Source of the DNA: Thermoanaerobaculia bacterium
GTDB lineage: Bacteria; Acidobacteriota; Thermoanaerobaculia; UBA5066
NCBI GenBank assembly: GCA_963816185.1
Contig: CAWFJJ010000021.1
Coordinates: 32,001-96,000, forward strand
Direction: 5' to 3'
Length of the DNA: 64,000 nucleotides
The translations under genes were made by a program, and so were the position numbers. Shown one piece after another: positions 21,129 to 30,222 of the stretch; position 1 is the stretch's first letter, and each line of letters opens with the position of its first letter. The notes under the pieces are model-generated. The model had not been told where the DNA came from, made no database searches, and worked only from the letters and a program-made list of their open reading frames with translations.

Positions 21129-22835
21129 TCAGAAGAGCTTCCCGGCGCCCATCAGGAAGTGCTCCACGATCGGGCCGAGGGCGAGCGCGGGGAAGAAGGT
21201 CAGGGCGCCGACGATCAGGATCACGCCGATCAGGAGCAGGACGAAGACGGGCCCGTCCACCGGGAACGTCCCGATCGACTCGGCGACCTTCTTCTTCGCC
21301 GCGAGCGAGCCGGCGATGCCGAGGAGCGGGATGATCATCAGGAATCGCCCGAAGAACATCGCGATGCCGAGCGCCACGTTGTAGAAATCCGTGTTCGCGT
21401 TGAGGCCGGCGAACGCGCTGCCGTTGTTCCCGGTGGCGCTCGTGAAGGCGTAGAGGATCTCGGACAGCCCGTGGGGTCCCTGGTTGTTCAGGCTTGCGAG
21501 GCCGGCTTTCGACGCGACTCCGAGCGCCGTCCCGACGAGGATGGAGAACGTCAGGATGAGGACGGAGAGCATCGCGAGCTTCACTTCGTGCGCCTCGATC
21601 TTCTTGCCGAGGTACTCGGGCGTTCGCCCGACCATGAGGCCGGCGATGAAGACGGAGAGCACCACGAAAAGCAGCATTCCGTAGAGCCCGGCGCCGACTC
21701 CGCCGAAGATGATCTCGCCGAGCTGGATGTTCAGGAGCGGCACGAGGCCGCCGAGCGGCGTGAAGGAGTCGTGCATCGAGTTGACCGCGCCGCACGAGGC
21801 GTCGGTCGTGATCGTGGCGAAGAGGGCAGAGTCCGCCGGCCCGAACCGGACCTCCTTGCCTTCCATGTTTCCCATCGCGGCCGAGACCCCGAGCCCGTGA
21901 TGGATCGGGTTGCCGCGCACCTCGAAGAAGCCGGCCGTCAGCGCCCCGATGAGGAACAGGATCGCCATGGACCAGAAGACGGCCCAGCCGTGGCGGGTCT
22001 TGCCGGTCATCGAGCCGAGCGTGTACGTCAGCCCGCCTCCGATCGAGAAGATGAGAACCATCTCGAAGAGATTCGTGAAGGGCGTCGGGTTCTCATACGG
22101 GTGCGCCGAGTTCGCGTTCACGAAGCCGCCGCCGTTCGTCCCGAGCTCCTTGATGGACTCCTGCGAGGCGATGGGGCCCTGCGGGATCTTCTGGATCGCG
22201 CCTTCGAGCGTCGTCACGGCCTCGGAGGACTTGAAGTTCTGGATGACGCCCTGCGACATGAGGACGATCGCGCCGGCGAAGCTGATCGGCAGGAGCACCC
22301 AGAGCGTTGCGCGCACGAGGTCGGACCAGAAGTTGCCGATGCCCTTCGACTCCGTTCGCGCGACCCCTCTCACGAAGGCGATCGCGATCGCGATGCCCGT
22401 GGCCGCCGACGCGAAGTTGTGGACGGCGAGCCCCGCCATCTGGGTGAACAGCGACATCGTCGATTCGCCCGAGTAGGCCTGCCAGTTCGTGTTCGTCGTG
22501 AACGAGACCGCCGTGCTCCAGGCGAGAGCGGCCGGGACGGCCGCCATCTTGTCGGGGTTCAGCGGCAGGAGATGCTGCAGGCGCTCCATCGCGTAGAGCA
22601 CGACGAGGCTGACGACGTTGAAGATCATCATCGAGCCCGCGTACGCGACGAACCCCTGCTCCTTCGAGGCGTCGACGCCGCCGATGCGGTAGAGAAGGCG
22701 TTCGAGCGGAGCGAGCACCCCGTCCAGGAAAGTCTTCTCCTTCGAGAAGACCTTCTTCATGTAGACCCCGATCGGCTTGACGAGCGCGAGGACGATGAGG
22801 AAATAGATGCCGGTTTTCAGAACGACGTCGAGCAT
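21129..22835 (-). CDS. kdpA: K+-transporting ATPase subunit A
   Basis: [37 protein letters not shown]. Confidence 0.98.
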   Translation of the reverse strand: MLDVVLKTGIYFLIVLALVKPIGVYMKKVFSKEKTFLDGVLAPLERLLYRIGGVDASKEQGFVAYAGSMMIFNVVSLVVLYAMERLQHLLPLNPDKMAAVPAALAWSTAVSFTTNTNWQAYSGESTMSLFTQMAGLAVHNFASAATGIAIAIAFVRGVARTESKGIGNFWSDLVRATLWVLLPISFAGAIVLMSQGVIQNFKSSEAVTTLEGAIQKIPQGPIASQESIKELGTNGGGFVNANSAHPYENPTPFTNLFEMVLIFSIGGGLTYTLGSMTGKTRHGWAVFWSMAILFLIGALTAGFFEVRGNPIHHGLGVSAAMGNMEGKEVRFGPADSALFATITTDASCGAVNSMHDSFTPLGGLVPLLNIQLGEIIFGGVGAGLYGMLLFVVLSVFIAGLMVGRTPEYLGKKIEAHEVKLAMLSVLILTFSILVGTALGVASKAGLASLNNQGPHGLSEILYAFTSATGNNGSAFAGLNANTDFYNVALGIAMFFGRFLMIIPLLGIAGSLAAKKKVAESIGTFPVDGPVFVLLLIGVILIVGALTFFPALALGPIVEHFLMGAGKLF

Positions 22836-22842
22836 GGCGTTT

Positions 22843-22932
22843 TCACAGCTTCTCGGGCTTCAGGAGCGCGTAAAGGAGATAGGCGAGGGCGGCGACGGCG
22901 AGGACGAGGCCGAGGGTGGCTTCGAATGACAT
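22843..22932 (-). CDS. kdpF: KdpF (MSFEATLGLVLAVAALAYLLYALLKPEKL)
   Basis: Hand translation, 29 aa, YL.YAL..PEK signature directly upstream of kdpA. Confidence 0.92.
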   Translation of the reverse strand: MSFEATLGLVLAVAALAYLLYALLKPEKL

Positions 22933-22943
22933 GTCGGCCCCGT

Positions 22944-23027
22944 TCAGATCTCGTCGCAGCGCTTGACGTACCAGAGCGACAGCGCCAGGAGACCGAGCGT
23001 CAGGAGGAGGAAGAGGGCGTCGAGCAT
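22944..23027 (-). CDS. 27-aa hydrophobic kdp-associated peptide (MLDALFFLLTLGLLALSLWYVKRCDEI)
   Basis: Hand translation; GGGAG RBS; single TM; fills the gap between porin and kdpF. Confidence 0.8.
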   Translation of the reverse strand: MLDALFLLLTLGLLALSLWYVKRCDEI

Positions 23028-23041
23028 GGATGGTTCTCCCT

Positions 23042-24490
23042 TCAAAAGAAGTAGAGCGCGTTCAGAAGGACGGTCGGCTGCTGCTTCTTCGTGAGAGCCC
23101 CGTCCCGGTCCTCGAAGACCTCCTTGTCGGAGAAGTCGACGCGAAGGTCGCCGCGGAGAACGACGTGGGAGCCCACCTTTAGCTCCGGCGTAAGAGTCGC
23201 TCCCTTGAGCTTCTGCACGACTCCCGTCCGCGCGCCGTCGCGGTCGTTGAAGTATTCACCCCTGAGAATGAGCGCGAATGAGTCGGTGAGGCCGAACCGC
23301 GCGTAGCCCACGATCCCGTTCCACATCGCGGTCTCGCCTTGCGTCACGGCGTTCGGCTCGGTCCCGTAGACCGTGTCCACGGTGAGAACCGTCCGGTCCG
23401 TGACCTTCCACTGGGCGTTGACGTCGACTACGTTGCGGGCGTCGCGGTTGTTGCCGGTGCGCTCGGGCCCCCACATGTAGTTGGCGATGACCGTGACCGT
23501 CTTGGACGCTGTCCAGGTGAGCTGACCGCCGACCGACTTGCTGCTGTTGTTATCCTTCGCGTTGTCCCAGCCGTTGGCGATCATCAGCATCGCGGAGATC
23601 TGGTCGCTGAACGTGTAGCTGGCTTTGATCCCGGTGTGCGTGAAGGGGATCGCGAACCCGAAGAGGAAGGAGCGTGTGGCGTTGTCGTTGTAGCCGTCGT
23701 ATCCGTCGATGACCTCGTAGCCGTGGTTCGTGACGTACTTCCCGACGTCGAGGCGCAGGCCGCTCCCGACCGGGGCGATCCAGCTGACGAAGGCCTGTTT
23801 GAGGTCGAAGTCCTGGCCCTGGAAGAGCCCGTACGCGGCGGAGACGCGTGGAATGGAGGAGCCGGCTTCCGCATCGACGCGGAAGCCTGTTTCGCCCGGC
23901 TTTGACACGGCCTTCTGGAGGACGAGCTCGGCCACGTCCACCTTGAACGAGTTGTCGTCGAAATCGAAAACCCGGAACTGGTTCGTGCCCGAGGCCGGGC
24001 GATTCGTGTTGTACGAGTAGCTGGTGGAGAGGAACCCGTTCACGGCGATCTCCTCGTACCAGGGTTTCGGTGGCGGAGTCGGAGCTGGCGTGGGCGTCGG
24101 CGAGGGTGTCGTTGTCGCCTGCGGCGCCGATTCCTGCGCGAGCGAGGGACTTTCGACGGCGGTGAAGACGGCGACGAGCGCCGCGGCCGCGACGACGTGA
24201 TTGCGGTCGACGGGCTCTCCCGTCTTTCGGAGACGCGGTTCCTTCCGGATCTCGCCGTCGGGTCCCGGCCTTCCCTCGATGAGGACTTTCGGCAGGGCGA
24301 TCCGGTGTAGCGCTCGGGCGAAGAAGAACACGTAGCCCCCGAACCCCGCAATGCCGAACACGAGCCGGACCGCCCCCTCGAACGAAACGGCGAGGAGGGC
24401 TCCGCCGCCGAGGAAGGCGAGTGAGGTGCCGATCAGACCGAGAATCGAGCGGAGAGATTGCCGCCGGGAGCTAAGTGCAGAGTTTTTCAC
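23042..24490 (-). CDS. Putative beta-barrel porin (BBP2/OmpL-like) with extra N-terminal hydrophobic segments
   Basis: LKQAFVSW, LDVGKY, GYEVID, IPFTHTG, NGWD, RGEYF.D, terminal YFF. Confidence 0.82.
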   Translation of the reverse strand: MKNSALSSRRQSLRSILGLIGTSLAFLGGGALLAVSFEGAVRLVFGIAGFGGYVFFFARALHRIALPKVLIEGRPGPDGEIRKEPRLRKTGEPVDRNHVVAAAALVAVFTAVESPSLAQESAPQATTTPSPTPTPAPTPPPKPWYEEIAVNGFLSTSYSYNTNRPASGTNQFRVFDFDDNSFKVDVAELVLQKAVSKPGETGFRVDAEAGSSIPRVSAAYGLFQGQDFDLKQAFVSWIAPVGSGLRLDVGKYVTNHGYEVIDGYDGYNDNATRSFLFGFAIPFTHTGIKASYTFSDQISAMLMIANGWDNAKDNNSSKSVGGQLTWTASKTVTVIANYMWGPERTGNNRDARNVVDVNAQWKVTDRTVLTVDTVYGTEPNAVTQGETAMWNGIVGYARFGLTDSFALILRGEYFNDRDGARTGVVQKLKGATLTPELKVGSHVVLRGDLRVDFSDKEVFEDRDGALTKKQQPTVLLNALYFF

Positions 24491-24535
24491 GGGGGGGAAC
24501 GTGCCTCCCGGACTCCAAGGAAGTCCGGAAAGACG

Positions 24536-24555
24536 TCTAAAGAAGTTCTAAAGAA
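24536..24555. promoter_or_regulatory. Direct repeat TCTAAAGAA x2 (11-bp period), candidate KdpE site
   Basis: In divergent kdp/APC intergenic region, upstream of TAGACT -10-like hexamer at 24571-24576. Confidence 0.55.
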
Positions 24556-24610
24556 ATGCAATCACTGGACTAGACTCCCGCGGTGCTGCAGCAGAGATGG
24601 ATGAACTGAG

Positions 24611-26590
24611 TTGTCTTCTGAACGCAACTCACTGACCCGCCTCGTCCTAGGGAAGCCCCGGGACGTCAACGATCCGAAGATTTTTCACCGGGTTTCGCTT
24701 GTCGCGTTTCTTGCGTGGGTGGGGCTCGGCGCCGACGGACTTTCGTCGTCGGCATACGGACCCGACGAGGCTTTCCGGGCGCTCGGCGGCCACCGCTCGC
24801 TCGCGATCGTGCTCGTCGCGATGACAGCGATCACGATCGCCGTCATCTCGATCGCCTACTCGAACCTCATCCAGCATTTCCCGGGCGGCGGCGGCGGGTA
24901 CCTCGTCGCGACAAAACTCCTCGGCCGGAAGGCCGGGGTCGTCTCGGGTTGCGCTCTACTCGTGGACTACGTCCTCACGATCACCGTGTCGATCGCCTCG
25001 GCATGCGACCAGGTCTGGAACTTCCTCGGGCCCGGGATGGCGCACTACAAGATGATCGCGGAGATCGCCGCGCTCATCTTCCTGATCGTCCTGAACCTCA
25101 GGGGCGTCAAGGAGTCCGTCACGTTCCTCGCGCCGATCTTCCTCGTCTTCATCGGGACGCACGCGTTCGCGATCCTGTACGTGTTTGCCGCCAATGCGAC
25201 CGGCCTGCCGGAAGTGTTCGCCGGCGCCGCTCGGGAATACCATGCCTCGGCGGCGACGATTGGATTCTGGCCGCTCGCGTTCGTTCTTCTCCGCGCGTAC
25301 TCGATGGGCGGCGGCACCTACACCGGTATCGAAGCCGTGTCGAACGGTGTGACGATGCTCCGCGAGCCGCGCGTGAAGACCGGCAAACACACGATGTTTC
25401 TCATGGCGGCGTCGCTGGCCTTTACCGCGGGAGGCATCCTGTTCGGCTATCTTCTCGTCGGAGCGCGCGCGCAACAGGGAAAGACGATGAACTTCGTCCT
25501 CTTCGACGCGCTCTTCGGGCATTGGAAGGTCGGAGGCATCGCCGTCGGGACGGCGTTCGTCCTCACGCTCCTCGTCGCGGAGGCGGCGCTCCTCTTCGTG
25601 GCGGCGCAGACGGGCTTCCTCGACGGGCCGCGCGTCCTCGGAAACATGGCTCTCGATTCCTGGATGCCGCATCGCTTCGCGCAGCTCTCGGACCGGCTCG
25701 TCACGAAGAACGGCGTCTTCCTGATGGGTCTTGCGGCGATCGCGGCGCTTCTCTATACGCGCGGCGACATCACGATGCTCGTCGTCATGTACTCGATCAA
25801 CGTCTTCATCACGTTCTCGCTCACCGAGCTCGGCATGTCGCGTCACTGGATCGTGGACCGGCACAAGGAACCCCGCTGGAAGAGCCAACTCGCGATCCAC
25901 GGCACCGGCCTCGTCATGTGCCTCACGATCCTTTGCGTCACCCTCTACGAGAAGTTCGCGGAGGGCGGCTGGATGACGTCGCTCGTGACGAGCGCGACGA
26001 TCTTCGTCTGTTTCCTCATCCGGCGGCACTACGAGAACGTGCAGCGGGACCTCAAGCGTCTCGACGACGTCCTCGTGCCGGTTCAGCCGGTTCCGGTCGC
26101 GAAGAACGCGCTCGAGGAGCTGGACCACAGGCTCCCGACCGCGATTCTCACCGTGGACCGGTTCTCCGGCTACGGGATCCACCAGATCCTGAGCATCCAC
26201 ACGCTGTTCCCGAACTACTACAAGAACTTCGTCTTCGTCTCCGTGGCGGTCGTCGACTCCGGCAACTTCAAGGGCAGCGACGAGATGGGGCACCTGGAAG
26301 CCGACGCCCGGCGGAACCTCGAGATGTACGTCGCGTGGTGCCGGGAGAAGGGCTGGAACGCCGGCTACCGGATGGCGATCGCGACGGAAGCCGTCGCGAA
26401 GGTCGTCGAAATCTGCAAGGAGCTGCGCCAGGAATTTCCGCGCTCGGTCGTGTTCAGCGGCAAGCTCGTCTTCGAGAAGGAGGATTGGTACCATCGCCTT
26501 CTGCACAACGAGACGGCGATGTCGATCCAGCGGAAGCTCCAGTTCGAGGGCGTGCAGGCGATCGTCCTTCCGGTCCGGGCCGCGGTGTGA
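24611..26590 (+). CDS. APC-family transporter, KimA-like K+ uptake candidate
   Basis: GADGLSSSAYG, GGGGY, LLVDYVLT, NLRGVKES, TGIEAVSNG; kdp context. Confidence 0.82.
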   Translation: MSSERNSLTRLVLGKPRDVNDPKIFHRVSLVAFLAWVGLGADGLSSSAYGPDEAFRALGGHRSLAIVLVAMTAITIAVISIAYSNLIQHFPGGGGGYLVATKLLGRKAGVVSGCALLVDYVLTITVSIASACDQVWNFLGPGMAHYKMIAEIAALIFLIVLNLRGVKESVTFLAPIFLVFIGTHAFAILYVFAANATGLPEVFAGAAREYHASAATIGFWPLAFVLLRAYSMGGGTYTGIEAVSNGVTMLREPRVKTGKHTMFLMAASLAFTAGGILFGYLLVGARAQQGKTMNFVLFDALFGHWKVGGIAVGTAFVLTLLVAEAALLFVAAQTGFLDGPRVLGNMALDSWMPHRFAQLSDRLVTKNGVFLMGLAAIAALLYTRGDITMLVVMYSINVFITFSLTELGMSRHWIVDRHKEPRWKSQLAIHGTGLVMCLTILCVTLYEKFAEGGWMTSLVTSATIFVCFLIRRHYENVQRDLKRLDDVLVPVQPVPVAKNALEELDHRLPTAILTVDRFSGYGIHQILSIHTLFPNYYKNFVFVSVAVVDSGNFKGSDEMGHLEADARRNLEMYVAWCREKGWNAGYRMAIATEAVAKVVEICKELRQEFPRSVVFSGKLVFEKEDWYHRLLHNETAMSIQRKLQFEGVQAIVLPVRAAV

Positions 26591-26599
26591 GCGTCTAGA

Positions 26600-27298
26600 C
26601 TAGGGTTCCGCCACGAAGCGGTACCCCACCCACGGCTCCGTGACGATGTAACGCGGGCGGGCGGGATCAGGCTCGATCTTCTTGCGCAACGAGCCCACGT
26701 GGACGCGGACGGCGTCCGGGCTCGTGCCGGGCGCGCCGTGCCAGACGCGGCCGATGATCTGGCGGATCGTGATGGGCTTGCCCGCATGGGATGCGAGGAG
26801 GTCGAGGATCGCGAGCTCGGTCGGCGTGAGGTGGACCTCTTTGCCCTCGACGACGACACGCCGCCTCTCGCGGTCCAGCGTGAGGCCCGGAAACTCGAGG
26901 ACGCCGCCCGCCTCTTCCTCCGCGTGGCGCCGAAGCTGCGCCCGCACACGCGCGAGGAGCTCCTGCACCGAGAAGGGTTTGACGACATAGTCGTCGGCGC
27001 CGAGATCCAGCGCGCGGACCTTGTCCGCGTCGCCGCCGCGCACCGACAGGACGACGACGGGGGTGGCTCCGGCGCGCCGCACGCGCCCGACGAGGTCGAA
27101 GCCGTCCGTGACGGGCATCGCGAGATCGGTCAGGACGAGGTCGGGCTCGGTTTCCTCGAAACGACGAAAGCCCTCCGCTCCGTCGGCCGCCTCAAGGACC
27201 TCGTATCCCGAGGCCGAGAGCTCGGCCGCGAGCGCCCGGCGGATCGCCGGATCGTCGTCGACGACGAGAATGCGGGCGGCCCCCGGCGCGCGCGTCAA
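26600..27298 (-). CDS. kdpE: Response regulator KdpE
   Basis: ILVVDDD, KVRALDLGADDY, LRKKIEPDPARPRYIVTEPWVGYRF. Confidence 0.92.
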   Translation of the reverse strand: MTRAPGAARILVVDDDPAIRRALAAELSASGYEVLEAADGAEGFRRFEETEPDLVLTDLAMPVTDGFDLVGRVRRAGATPVVVLSVRGGDADKVRALDLGADDYVVKPFSVQELLARVRAQLRRHAEEEAGGVLEFPGLTLDRERRRVVVEGKEVHLTPTELAILDLLASHAGKPITIRQIIGRVWHGAPGTSPDAVRVHVGSLRKKIEPDPARPRYIVTEPWVGYRFVAEP

Positions 27299-28695
27299 CC
27301 GATCTCCTCGGCCGGCGCTGCGGCGGCGGGGACTTCGAAGCGTGCGATCGTGCCGCCTCCCGGACGGTCCACGAGCGCGATCGACCCGCCCAGCGCGTGC
27401 GCGAGCGACTGGCAGATCGTCAGCCCCAGCCCGGCGCGGCCGGCATCGCCCGGCGCACCGCCCGCAGCGGCGCGCTTCACGTCGGGGGAGACGCCTGAAC
27501 CGCGGTCGAGGACGTCGAGGCGGACGCGCGCGGCGTCACGCGGGCTCGGCGCGGCCGCCAGCTCCAGCGTCCCGGATGGGGCCGCGCGCGAGGCGTTTTC
27601 CAGAAGGTTCGCGAGGATCTCGACCGCGAGCGTCGGATCCACGTAAAGGTCCGGCGTCTGGGGCGCCACGAAGACATCCACGGCGCGCCCCGCGAGGGCG
27701 AGCGGGAGGGCGTCGAGCGTCGCCCGGAACAGGTCTGCCGCAGGCGTCGGCTCGGGGTGCGGCACGAACGTGCCCGCGTCGAGGCGCGCCATCGCGAGGA
27801 GGTTGTCGATCCGACGCGAAAGGCGCTCGGTCTCTCGTGCCACGTCCTCGACGATTTTCGCGGTCTCCGCGGGGAATCGCTTCAGGCGGTCGAGCCCGAG
27901 GCGAATGGACGTGATCGGCGTCCTCAGGTCGTGGGACACGGCGCGCAGGAGCGAGGTCTTGAGGGCGTCGCTCTCTTTGAGGGCGTCGAGGTGCGCCCGC
28001 TCCCCCAGGAACCGCTCCCGCTCGACGGCCAACGCCACCAGCCGTCCGACCGACTCCAGGGCGCCGCGGTCTGCGCGGGTCCCCCGGACGACGAGAACAC
28101 CGCTGGTCTTCCCGCCGACGGCCAAAGGAAGATAGACGTCGCGCGCGCCACCCTCCGCGGGCACCTCGGCGGTCTCGCCGCGTCGTCCGACGGTCTCCAC
28201 GAGCGGATCCTCGGCATGGAGGGCGTTCTCGCCCATCACGCCGACGATTTCTGCCCGGGTGGCCTCGTTGCGAAAGAGGGCGAGCCCGCCGGCCCGGGCC
28301 CCGAGCGTCTTCAGAGCTTTCCCCGCCGCCTCGCCGAGGGCCCCGACGCGGTTCGTGGCCGTGAAAAGGTCGATCGAGAGATCGTAGAGCGCCTCGATCT
28401 CCGCGCGCCGGGCGTCTGCGTCGGCGGCGCGCTGCTGCTCCCGTGCCACGAGCCGGCTCACGACGACGGACGTAATGAGAAAAGCGGCCAGGGCGACCCA
28501 ATTCGCGGGGTCGGCGATCGTAAACGTGCCGATGGGGGGCAGGAAGAAGAAGTTGTAGCAGGCGGTCGCGGCGAGCGACGCGACGGTCGAGGCCACGAGG
28601 CCGAGCCTCAACGCGGCCAGGAGAACGACGACGAGGAAGACGAAACCGATCGTCGTGGCGTTGGCTCCCGTGAGCCGTCCGAGCGCCGTCGTCAC
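27295..28695 (-). CDS. kdpD: KdpD C-terminal histidine kinase (DUF4118 TMs, GAF-like, HisKA/HATPase); start uncertain
   Basis: YNFFFLPP.GTF, SHDLRTP, NLLENA, DRG.G, GLGLTIC. Confidence 0.88.
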   Translation of the reverse strand: MTTALGRLTGANATTIGFVFLVVVLLAALRLGLVASTVASLAATACYNFFFLPPIGTFTIADPANWVALAAFLITSVVVSRLVAREQQRAADADARRAEIEALYDLSIDLFTATNRVGALGEAAGKALKTLGARAGGLALFRNEATRAEIVGVMGENALHAEDPLVETVGRRGETAEVPAEGGARDVYLPLAVGGKTSGVLVVRGTRADRGALESVGRLVALAVERERFLGERAHLDALKESDALKTSLLRAVSHDLRTPITSIRLGLDRLKRFPAETAKIVEDVARETERLSRRIDNLLAMARLDAGTFVPHPEPTPAADLFRATLDALPLALAGRAVDVFVAPQTPDLYVDPTLAVEILANLLENASRAAPSGTLELAAAPSPRDAARVRLDVLDRGSGVSPDVKRAAAGGAPGDAGRAGLGLTICQSLAHALGGSIALVDRPGGGTIARFEVPAAAAPAEEIG

Positions 28696-28735
28696 GGCGA
28701 CGGCGGCGAGCGCCGCCGCCGCCCGCGCAACTCCT

Positions 28736-30145
28736 CTAGCCGTGGATGTTGTGGCCGTGGACCGCCTCCGCCGCCTCGTGCATGGCTTCCGACAGCGTCG
28801 GGTGCGCGTGGATCGTGCGAATCATCTCCTCGGTCGTCGCTTCGAGGCGCAGGAGGGCGCCGCCCTCCGCGATGAGCTCGGTGGCATGCGGGCCGACGAT
28901 GTGGACGCCGAGGATCTCATCGTACTTCGCGTCGGAAACGATCTTCACGAAGCCTTCCTGCGACGGCTCCATCATCGTCTTGGCGAGGACCGAGAAGTTG
29001 AACTTTCCGGTCTTCACGACGTAGCCGCGCTCTTTCGCCTTCGCTTCGCTGAGACCGATCGACGCGACTTCGGGGTCGCAGTACGTGCAGCCCGGCACCT
29101 GGTCGCGGTTCACGGGCACCGTCGGATGGCCGGCCATCGTCTCGGCGGCCACGATGCCTTCGGCGGACGCGACGTGCGCGAGCCAGATCGTGGGCGTGAC
29201 GTCCCCGATCGCCCAGACGCCCGGCACGTTCGTGCGCTGGTTTGCGTCCACCTTCACGTAACCGCGGTCCGTCGCGACGCCCACGGCCTCGAGGCCGAGC
29301 CCCTCGGAGAGCGGCTTGCGGCCGACGGCGAGGAGCACTTTCTCGACGGACCACGACAGCGGGCCGCCGTCCGGCCCCTTCGCCTTCACCGTGACCGTCC
29401 CGTCCCCGTTCGGCGCCACGGACTCGACGCCCGTCTTCGTGCGCACCTCGATGCCGTGCTTCTTGAAGACGCGCTCGACCTCTTTCGAGATCTCCTCGTC
29501 CTCCACGGGCAGGACGCGCGGCAGGACCTCGACGAGGACGGTCTTCGTGCCGTACCGCGAGAAGCAGGACGCGAACTCGGCGCCCACCGCCCCCGAGCCG
29601 ATCACGAGGAGCGACCTCGGGATCGACTGCGACTTCAGGATGTGGTCCGAGTTCAGGACGCTCTCGCCGTCGGCCTTGAGGAGCGGCAGGTCGCGGGGCA
29701 CCGAGCCGGTTGCGATGAGGACGTTCTTCGTGTCCAGCTTGGTCTCGCCCGCGTCGCCTTTCACCGCGACCTCGTGCGGCGAGACGATGCGCCCGAGCCC
29801 CGCGTGGACGTCGACCTTGTGTTTCTTCATGAGGTATTCGACGCCCTTGGCTCCCCGAAAGACGACCTTGTCGCGGAACTTCACCACGCCCGGAAAGTCG
29901 AGCTCGACGCCGGCGGCTCTCACGCCGAAGTCTGCGGCGCGGTTCTTCGCCTCGTCGTACAAAGAGGCCGACTTGAGCATCGCCTTCGTGGGGATGCAGC
30001 CTCGGTGAAGGCAGTTGCCGCCGAGTCCCACGTTCGAAACTTTAGCGTCTCTTTCGACGATCGCGGTCCTGAGGCCGAGCTGGGAGGCCCGGACGGCGGC
30101 GACGTAGCCGCCCGGTCCCGAGCCGATGACGACCAGGTCGTACAT
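28736..30145 (-). CDS. lpdA: Dihydrolipoamide dehydrogenase
   Basis: GSGPGGY, GGNCLHRGCIPTK, HAHPTLSE. Confidence 0.96.
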   Translation of the reverse strand: MYDLVVIGSGPGGYVAAVRASQLGLRTAIVERDAKVSNVGLGGNCLHRGCIPTKAMLKSASLYDEAKNRAADFGVRAAGVELDFPGVVKFRDKVVFRGAKGVEYLMKKHKVDVHAGLGRIVSPHEVAVKGDAGETKLDTKNVLIATGSVPRDLPLLKADGESVLNSDHILKSQSIPRSLLVIGSGAVGAEFASCFSRYGTKTVLVEVLPRVLPVEDEEISKEVERVFKKHGIEVRTKTGVESVAPNGDGTVTVKAKGPDGGPLSWSVEKVLLAVGRKPLSEGLGLEAVGVATDRGYVKVDANQRTNVPGVWAIGDVTPTIWLAHVASAEGIVAAETMAGHPTVPVNRDQVPGCTYCDPEVASIGLSEAKAKERGYVVKTGKFNFSVLAKTMMEPSQEGFVKIVSDAKYDEILGVHIVGPHATELIAEGGALLRLEATTEEMIRTIHAHPTLSEAMHEAAEAVHGHNIHG

Positions 30146-30222
30146 TCCAATCTCCTATAGGTCCGGCCGGCGCACGTGCGCGGAGGCGGCGCCGGAGCGA
30201 ACGGAATTATAGGGGGAGTCTC

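Noticed and set aside
18400-24125. Pro/Thr repeats in the KdpC tail and porin N-terminus
   Set aside because: Ordinary low-complexity protein linkers
24491-24610. c-di-AMP riboswitch before K+ genes; Moco riboswitch before modA
   Set aside because: Intergenic regions are short and I see no recognisable consensus; an Rfam scan would settle it
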